Shown here: positions 54,946 to 64,000 of the stretch, piece by piece | How positions within the stretch are numbered: the first letter of the stretch is position 1 | Layout of the letters: each line of letters opens with the position of its first letter | NCBI GenBank assembly: GCA_951406725.2 | Contig: OX597840.1 | Span: 38,130,001 to 38,194,000, forward strand | Direction: 5' to 3' | Source of the DNA: Octopus vulgaris | Lineage: Eukaryota | DNA length: 64,000 nt | The notes under the pieces: generated by a model | What the model saw: the letters and a program-made list of their open reading frames with translations, nothing else | What the model was told of the DNA's origin: nothing | The model's database searches: none | Program-made: the position numbers and the translations under genes

Positions 54946-55709
54946 TGGGCAAAATAATGTTAATAACGATCGCATTTATAGATTAAGTGAGTTGGATATC
55001 ATATTCTACGGTATTTGTTTCAATTCCCTATGTCCGGGTTTCGAATTTTAGATCAGGTAATCTTTCATTCTTTCGGCATCAATGAATAAAGCATCAATTT
55101 CAGGTTGATAATCAGACGCATTCTTAAAGTACCTGACAAGCTAAGTTGCGGCTATCGGTCCTAGACGCACGTGTAGTGAGTTCAAACACCTGAAATCACG
55201 ATCATATTTTTGGTGAGGAAATGTCACTATAAGGCAGAGGACCTGAATTTCAAAGTGGATGTCGTGTCAATTGAATCAATATCTCGGTGACAACAAAAAG
55301 CAAAATGAGGGAGTCGCTGTGCACTGAAAAGGGAGAAAAACTATGAAACATCGGATGATTGATTTGAAATCCCAGCTGAACAGAATATGGGCTATTTTGT
55401 TTTTGTTTACATTAGTCTGTGAGAAGTTGGGAGTTGGCAGCAACCGCTACAGGCATACGAACTGACATAGAAACATTCGTTTGTCTTTACGTTCTGATTT
55501 CAAATACTACTGAAGTCAGCTTTGCCTTTAATTGTGTGGCGATCAATAAAGCAAGTACCCCATCAGGCCCGGTGCCTAAAGCAGAAAGAATTCATCAGTA
55601 TGTGATCGATAAACTTATTACTGGAGTTGGGGAGCATCACTCAATACACCTTTATAAACCTGTCTGCTGCTACCTTAGAAATATGGTAATCTTTTGTTAA
55701 ATGAATATT

Positions 55710-56085
55710 GATTTCAAATTTCGGTACAAGGTCATAAATTTCAGCCAAGACAGTAAGTTAATTACGGTAAACCCAGTGCTTAACTGGTACTTTGTTTTAT
55801 CAACCCTGAAAGAGGAGACGAAATGGAAAGCCACCTCGGCGGAGTTTGATTTCACTGTAGACGAAATACCTATTACTTTACTACGCACAAGGGGACAAAC
55901 AAGGACAGACAAATGGATTAAGTCGATTATATCGATCCCAGTGCGTAATTGGTGCTTAATATATCGACCCCGAAAGGATGAAAGGCAAAGTCGACCTCGG
56001 CGGAATTTGAACTCAGACGTAACGGCAGACGAAATACCGGTTAGTATATTGTACGAAGTGCTCACGATCCTGTCAGCTCTTCGTC
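55710..56085 (-). mobile_element. Nested SINE family A copies
   Basis: gaccccgaaaggatgaaaggcaaagtcgacctcggcggaatttgaactcag. Confidence 0.85.
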
Positions 56086-57748
56086 TAACTTTGACAAATG
56101 AATATTATTCATCCTTTGTTGTGTATGGGGGAAATCAGTGAAAAGAAACAAGATATCATCGGGTAAATGGTTACAACCCTTACGTTCTGAGTTCGACTCG
56201 TGCCAGGACAGGTTTTGAATTGGAGTGTGTGTGTTTGTCTGTTAACGCCGCTTGGTAACTGGTGTTGCTTTATTTACGTCCCCATAACTTAGTAGTTTAG
56301 CATAACAGTTCGTTGGAATAAGTACCCTGCTTTTAATATATAAGTATTGAGTGGAATACATTTGCCCGACTCAAACCCTTCGACGGCCGCAGTTCAATGA
56401 CTGACGCAAATAAAAGACGAGCACAAAATATCGATTTCGCTTAGAACACATTAGTTGCCGTAGTTATATAACAAGTAATTACAATTCATGTTTTTTTTGG
56501 TTAAAAATCTTGTCTTTCTTGTTCTGTTTAGACCAAAGACTCATTCGTAGCAGTCACTTCATATTTCATATTTATTTAAAGATTTCTTCGCCATATTTCA
56601 CAACGTTCGTAGAAAAATGACAAAAGCTCATTAATTATAATCGCTATTAAACTTTCTCTGGAAGAATCTCAGAGATTTTATTAATGTACACTATCATGAT
56701 AAATCATCGTTTAGAGAAGTGAAGAATATCCCAGAAAATGCCAACGGAAAATATCTGTCTAATCAATTATGTGTCGTTTACTGTGGTCATTAGTGTCTGA
56801 TTAGTTCAGAAAAGTAATTAGGAGGGGTCAAATCTCGATTATAATTTTCAAATGTTTAAGCCGCTCTTACCATCTGCTTCGTTACATTTCTATCTAACTT
56901 TTACAAATTGAACAGAAACCGTACACATCTCCAATACATTTTCCTGAAGGCGATTTTTACTATTTCCCATCTGTTCACTAATAAATGTCTTTATGATATG
57001 AATATAACTTTTAATCACCTATCTATTAGATATGTTCTTATTTATAAAACGCCTCTCGCCAACATTTTATTAAAGAGTCGCCGAGATATAAGTTTGAAAT
57101 ATAGATCAACGCCAACGTCCAGACTTCAGGTTAGACTTATATTTCCCTGATTTGTGAGACGTATCACGCATTTGCTATTTGCAACTAAACGGCTGACCAC
57201 GCTTTTCTGCATTTCTAAAATAGATTGCCCTCGTGGGCGACATTGTCCTTCCTTTCATATGCATTATCTCGCTTCGTAGGTATGTCTGTTCTCATTGATT
57301 TATAGGTCCAGCGATGGGTGAGTTGACAAATATTACTAGTCACGTATGGGTGTGAAGGTGCGTCGGGTAGCAGTCAGGGTGTTGCACCCGTGATCGTGAT
57401 ATCGTGATTTCGATTCCTGGACCGGTTTGTGGTTTATGCCCTTCATTTCACGCACTTCATTTTATGTTTTCTTGAGATTAATTTGGAATTTGACGCTTAG
57501 CACATCCACAGAGCACCTGTCCAGTTTATGTCAATTTTATGGGATGAGTGATCTAATGTACAGCATAAAATGTTGACCCCTATAAGAGAATCATCTCTAC
57601 GCATCGTACAACATGTTGTGGAACCCTGATCTGTCTTTTGCAACAGGACAGTCCGCAACATTTCACATACAAATATTAAGATCGGATTACTGAATCTCCC
57701 TTTCTTTGTGATACACCTCGCTGTCAAATATATATACTTCCTCCCTCG

Positions 57749-58136
57749 GGAGGCGCAATGGCCCAGTGGTTAGGGCAGCGGACTCGCGGTCATAGGGTCG
57801 TGGTTTCGATTCCCAGACCGGGCGTTGTGAGTGTTTATTGAGCAAAAACACCTAAAAGCTCCACGAGGCTCCGGCAGGGGATGGTGGTGATCCCTGCTGT
57901 ACTCTTTCACCACAACTTTCTCTCACTCTTACTTCCTGTTTCTGCTGTACCTGTATTTCAAAGAGGCGGCCTTGTCAGTCTCTGTGTCACGCTGAATATC
58001 CCCGAGAACTACGTTAAGGGTGCACGTGTCTGTGGAGTGCTCAGCCACTTACATGTTAATTTCACGAGCAGGCTGTTCCGTTGATTCGGATCAAGCGGAA
58101 CCCTCGTCCTCGTAACCGACGGAGTGCTTCCATCCA
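57749..58136 (+). mobile_element. SINE family C with tail type 1, full length, flanked by a ~219-bp direct duplication
   Basis: tRNA-like head ggaggcgcaatggcccagtggttaggg...gtttcgattccc; tail gacggagtgcttccatcca; flanks 57522-57740 and 58137-58358. Confidence 0.92.
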
Positions 58137-58944
58137 CAGGTAATGCCAATTTTATGGTATGAGTGATCTAATGTATAGCATAAACGTTTGACCCCAAAAA
58201 GCAAATCATCTGTACGCCTCGTTTAACAAGATATTGTGGAACCCTGATCTGTCTTTTGCCACAGGACAGTCCACAACATTTCACATAGAAATATTAAGAT
58301 CGGATTACTGAATCACGCCTTCTTTCTGATACACCTCGCTGTCAAATATATATACTTCTTCACTAAATTTGAAATTTTAGTAACCATTAATTCATCTTCA
58401 CTGAAGGGAAGACGGCCAGAAGAAATGCATTTGAGTTCATCGAGTTTGTTAGTTACATCATAGCCATGCATTTGTAGGTTTCTTAACCTGTTCGCACATT
58501 TTGATTAGCAGTTTTAAAGCTGAACTCATATTAAAAGCTGTGTTTCCATATATATGGTTATAGTCGTATAGATAAACTTAAATGCCGAACCGTGTCTACG
58601 ATCACGTTTACATTACACTTGGTTACAAAAGCTACAATCAATTCTCGTAAACACTACCAATGTTTTGCTTGTGAGCCATAATATCGCTTCGATTTAAATG
58701 TAAAATTGCTTCGATTTAAATGTAAAATCTTTGCTTTTAAAATAATAAATTCAGTTTGACATGAAAACGTAGTTCGATAAATGTGTTTACAGTTGTCTCA
58801 ATCAGCAGTTCCGTTCATCTCCGTTTAGAAATTCTTTAAACTACAAAGTCAAAGAGGTAGATTTTATTGGGAATTCGATTTGCTAACATTAATAGCTAAA
58901 CATTCCTCGTTTTATGCTCCAGTGTCTCATAAACGAAGGAAATA

Positions 58945-59246
58945 TACTTGTCTACTCCAGGTACAAGACACGAAATTTTGGAGGAGGGGGCCAGACGATT
59001 AGATTGACCCAAGTACGCAACTGGTAGTTAATTTATCGACCCCAGTGCGTAACTGGTGCTTATTTAATCGACCCCGAAAGGATGAAAGGCAAATTCGACC
59101 TCGGCGGAATTTGAACCTTAATTATTGATCGAATTTCACTGAAGTATAAAGGATCGAATAGCGCCTAATATAAATACACACTCATGTGTGTACCTGTATC
59201 TCTGTCTGAGTATGTATATATATATATGTGTGTGTGTGTGTGTATG

Positions 59247-59307
<61 letters not shown>

Positions 59308-59618
59308 CATCATTAAACAGATATGTATATTTCTTATTTCTTTACTGCCCACAAGGGGCTAAACATAGAGGGGACAGAAGAAATACCTATTTCTTTACTA
59401 CCCACAAGGGGCTAAACACAGAGGGGATGAAGAAGGACAGACAAACGAATTAAGTTGATTATATCGACCCCATTGCGTAACTGGTACTTAATTTATCGAT
59501 CTCGAAAGAATGAAAGGCAAAGTCGACCTCGGCGGAATTTGAACTCAGAACGTAACGGTAGACGAAATACAGCTAAGCATTTCGCCCGGCGTGCTAACGT
59601 TTCTGCAATCTCGCCGCC
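58945..59618 (-). mobile_element. SINE family A copies (58945-59117 and 59332-59618, the latter with a 16-bp TSD)
   Basis: TSD gatatgtatatttctt at 59320-59335 and 59624-59639. Confidence 0.88.
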
Positions 59619-59744
59619 ATTGCGATATGTATATTTCTTCCCGTCACTGTTAATGTTGCCGAGAACAGTTCATAGAGTAGGCACGATATTCCACGAAACT
59701 CTCAGCGTTAGAGTGTCTTATGCAGCATCAAAATTCATATATGT

Positions 59745-59933
59745 ATCGTTTGTCTGGCTATGGTCATGCTGGAGCACCGCCTGACCGGATTCTATTCAAA
59801 TGAATCGATCTTAGTGCATTGTTTTAAAATCTGCTCGATATGCTGTCTGTTTCTTTCGCCGAAGAATATAGACAAACCAACGCAGGCTCTCAAGGGATGA
59901 TGGTAGTGAACAGGGAGGAACACAGGTACAAAG

Positions 59934-59977
<44 letters not shown>

Positions 59978-60076
59978 ACACACACACACACTTATATATA
60001 TGTATATATGTATAATAATACTATATTTCTTCCACATCCTCGCGTTGTGTTTTTTTGTGCTTTCTTGTTTGGATTA

Positions 60077-60135
<59 letters not shown>

Positions 60136-60290
60136 CAGGCTTCATTTAGTTTCCGTCCACCAAATCTACTCACAAGGATTTGGCCGGGTCCGGTTTATAT
60201 TAGAAGATACATGCCTAAGGTACTATTTAGTGGGACTGAACTTAGACTCCTGTCGTTGGGAAGGGGAGTTGTTACCACACAAACACACGG
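59745..60290 (-). mobile_element. SINE family B, degenerate, with an element fragment in its internal microsatellite
   Basis: tggtcatgctggagcaccgcc...gacaggcttc...agtttccgtccaccaaatctactcacaagg...agtgggactgaac. Confidence 0.7.
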
Positions 60291-60454
60291 CAATGTATTC
60301 TATTTACATAGAACTACACTTAATCACAAACAAACCACACAACTTAAGATGCAACTCCCACCACGCGTCACATAAACGTATATACGACTACACTCGTACA
60401 TATAAACACACATGCACACGCAACAGTACATACAGACACACACACTCATACAAA

Positions 60455-60487
<33 letters not shown>

Positions 60488-61248
60488 GTAATCTCCGTTC
60501 GGTATTGCACTGATGTTTCAATAAAAATGGTGATATTGCGATTTGGAATCATTGACTCTGCGAGAGCTGATTATTTTCTGCGACGTGGGAGTGGCTTTAG
60601 AAAGCTAAAAGCGTCGCTAATTAATGCCAAAAATCAATTCCTTATTATCCATTAAATTCCGTTCGTTTAATCTTCATTCTAAAACACCTCTTTACAACCA
60701 ATCATTTCTCGTCCGTCTGTCCATCCTTCTTCATCTATCAAATCTATTATTCTCATACACGTCTCTTAGATTTCTTGCCCGCATTATACGCTTGGCCCTT
60801 CATCTTTCCCGCTTTCATTTATCATTCCTTTACGTTTCCATGCAGCGCAATTCGACTGCTTCTCACAGGAATATTATTAGACAATGGATGTTTTCTTTGG
60901 AAAGGTCTCAGAACACAAATAATAGAAAAATACCTTTGTGAGTTTTAGTCAATCATTCGGAAGAATAAGCGCCATGATAATGCTTTATGATGAACTGCAC
61001 GAGTATATATTTACATATGTATATGTATGTATATTTATATATGTGTATTCATATATAAACATAAACATACACGTATATACATGATGAAATACATTGGTGT
61101 AAATAGATGTAATCATATGAGGTGGTAAGTCTATAATATGCTTCTGTGAGTGTAGGTAGCCATGCATATCTGCGCATATATATGTATATATCCACAAATA
61201 TATACACACATACAGATCAATATATGTACCTATATACACACACACACT

Positions 61249-61296
<48 letters not shown>

Positions 61297-61654
61297 AAGG
61301 GAGAGAGATATGTATATGTATAATTATATATATGTATATATATATAGAGATGAATATATGTTTGTGTGTGTGTGTGTGTGTAACCAGGTTTCTGAAATAA
61401 TGCGACCATATATTTATTATACAGAAGGACAGGTACATAAATACAAGTTAATTTTTCCTGTGACTTCCAGTTTTCCCGCGTTCACCTACACTTACCTATG
61501 CTACCCCCCACGCACACACATGCATATGTGTTCACACACCACATACATTACCATTCATATATATATGCATATGCACACATATAGGGTGCATGCGTATAGT
61601 TAAATAAAAATGGATATATATATATGTATACATATATATATATAAGTGTGAATA

Positions 61655-61696
<42 letters not shown>

Positions 61697-61983
61697 TTTA
61701 TATATACATACATATATAAGAGTATTATTTTTAATTACAAGGAGTTCGTTGGTGAAGCAGAGTATTGCATTCGGTATTCGTCCATCTAAGCGGGATATCA
61801 GATCTCATTATAACAAGGTATGTAATCAAGACTGTTATTGATTAGGAGAGAACAGCTTTGAACCAGCTATAATTTCATACCGCTTCACATATATTTTTCG
61901 AAATTCAATTTCCCTTACCTTACTGGCTATATAATCTATTTCAATACATCGTAAAAGCAAACGAAATTGAAAAAAATTACACG

Positions 61984-62057
<74 letters not shown>

Positions 62058-62468
62058 CATATACACGCACACACATATGTAAATATATATTAATGCACAC
62101 AAATAAGTGATCGTTTAAGACTATATTTATTTCCAAATTTGTGCGTGTATATATAACTATATGTGTATGTATATATATATGTGTGTGTGTATCTCTCTCG
62201 ATATATGTATGTATATATGTATATATGTATAAATATACATATATATATATATATATATATGTTTGCATGTATATAGGTATAAGAATGTATACACATGTGT
62301 GTATGTTTATAAGTATGTATATACCAATATAGATTTCTCTTCACCCATACAGACACACACACACAGGCACGCACACAAACCCACACACACGCCCAAATAT
62401 ATCTGCACTCACGCACACACAATATATACAGTATATTGAATTCATTCGCGCTCTCTCACCTTGTCTCT

Positions 62469-62501
<33 letters not shown>

Positions 62502-62761
62502 TATGTACATATATAAACATACTTGTATTCTTATATACTAATACATATTGTGTGTCTTTATATACAGATACGTATGTGTGTAAATACGCATATATATGTA
62601 TTTATATATGTATATTTATATACATATGTATGTATGTATATACATACATATATTTGTATACATACATATGTATGTATATTAATATATATATATATATATG
62701 CATATATGAATGTATATGTATATATTCACGTATATAGGAATAGTAAACGTATGATTTAATA

Positions 62762-62804
62762 ATGTATAGTGTGAGTTTCCGGTGTGAAACCGCCAACAGT
62801 ACAT
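62762..62804 (-). ncRNA. Decayed minimal hammerhead-like motif
   Basis: ATGTA-CTGTTGG-CGGT TTCAC ACCG-GAAAC TCACA CTA-TACAT: stems I and II perfect, core has two substitutions. Confidence 0.45.
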
Positions 62805-63190
62805 ACAACATTGACCGTTGTTTTTATACAGCAGCACAACGACGTAGATCTTATGTAGATTATGCATTTTATGTTAATGTGGATTTTATGCAAATGTGGA
62901 TTTCATGTATATTCAAATTTTATGTAGATACGAATTATATTGAGGTGCGTATTTTCTGCATAACATATGTTCGTGTTTTGTATTTGTATATTTGTTTTTC
63001 TTAATAATGATCTGATCCTCTAACCAAAAGTGCTTCTCTGAAATTTGACCCCTAAATAGTGAAATATGAATAAATAGATACTTTTATCTAAATGCATATA
63101 TTAGTATACACACCTCGTTACGCTGACATATATTGAGAAGCAAAAACAATTATTAGCATCGGTTTAAATACGGTCGACGTGTGTATCTAT

Positions 63191-63405
63191 AAAATGTAGA
63201 GCAGCCGAAGATTGCTCTACATTTTAAAAGTGATGTAATATTTGCATTGTTCAATTAAATGGAGTCGTATCAAACGATCGTACTGCATTACCTCTGGATA
63301 TCCTTGTTGCTTATTTTAATTGTAATCTCCCCATTTTGAATCATATGAATAATACCGTACTAAATTCTGGTGCCTTTAATTTAAGTACCATATTGAACTG
63401 AATCT
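63191..63405 (+). mobile_element. Penelope-like pseudo-LTR fragment with decayed hammerhead (63201-63286)
   Basis: GCAG-CCGAAGA-...-CAA-ACGATCGT-A-CTGC; homologous to 17080-17262; short inverted remnant aaaatgtagagca/tgctctacatttt. Confidence 0.6.
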
Positions 63406-63465
63406 ATCTATCTATATATAATTTTTTTTTCTTCAGATTATTGTTTCCTTTGATTTTTCTCTAAC

Positions 63466-63467
<2 letters not shown>

Positions 63468-63521
<54 letters not shown>

Positions 63522-63590
63522 GTTCTCTCTCTCTCTTTCTCTCTCTCTCTGTCTCTCTCTCTCTCTCTCCATGTCTCACTGTCTATAACT
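63468..63590. repeat. (CT)n microsatellite
   Basis: Direct inspection. Confidence 0.95.
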
Positions 63591-64000
63591 CTCTTTCTAA
63601 TTCAAATCCATGAGGGTACGACCATGCTGATGCACACACGAATATTTAATTCGATGCTCTCTAAAAGTGGAAACACAAGATGAATTTATATTTGTGTAAA
63701 ATACATAATTCGTCATAGCTGTTGGCGCTGTTGAGTGAATGGTGGCTAAAAGTGACGGAGAACATAAGTCGCGATATTCAGCATCGAATTCCTGTGTTCA
63801 ATTCCGGACGATATTTAATTTCGTAATACTTGTGGGGCCGGTATCAGCAATTACCTTTAATCCTTCTAAAATCGATATATTTATGGTTTATGTTTGTATT
63901 TTTTAAATTATTAGACTGCGACCAGACTTAGGTAACGGTAGACTTCGGCCATGCTAGAGCACCGCCTTAAGTCGAGCATATCGCCTCCAGGATTTATTCT

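Noticed and set aside
57749-57825. tRNA-like sequences (also 16768, 9042, 45593, 12087)
   Set aside because: They have A/B boxes but continue into SINE bodies and lack a clean cloverleaf: SINE heads, not tRNA genes.

Overview
AT-rich, microsatellite-saturated eukaryotic non-coding DNA, very probably intronic or intergenic sequence of an octopus (coleoid cephalopod), judged from its tRNA-derived SINE families and the extreme (TA)n/(GATA)n/(AAT)n load. No intact protein-coding gene is supportable; nearly all listed ORFs are translated microsatellites. Recognisable content: more than 30 SINE copies in about 5 families, a decayed Helitron PIF1-type helicase (3.5-4.5 kb), decayed Tc1/mariner transposases (18.4-18.8 kb; 44-45 kb) and two Helentron-type non-autonomous elements. 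Two structural signals stand out. (1) At least nine minimal type-I hammerhead-ribozyme-like loci (CUGANGA...GAAA, short often palindromic stem III, GUA/GUC/GUU cleavage site), in several unrelated short element families, sit beside (TA)n tracts; at three loci they are inverted (fold-back) pairs. They resemble pseudo-LTRs of Penelope-like retroelements. (2) One SINE family ending in GGAGTGCTTCCATCC(A) is flanked at two independent loci by giant direct duplications (112 bp and ~219 bp). A sister SINE with the same head but a different tail inserts into (TA)n, and family-A SINEs have ordinary 12-16 bp TSDs. Two weak candidate exons (35708-35761, 42123-42150) hint at a + strand host gene. All calls were made by eye without database searches.
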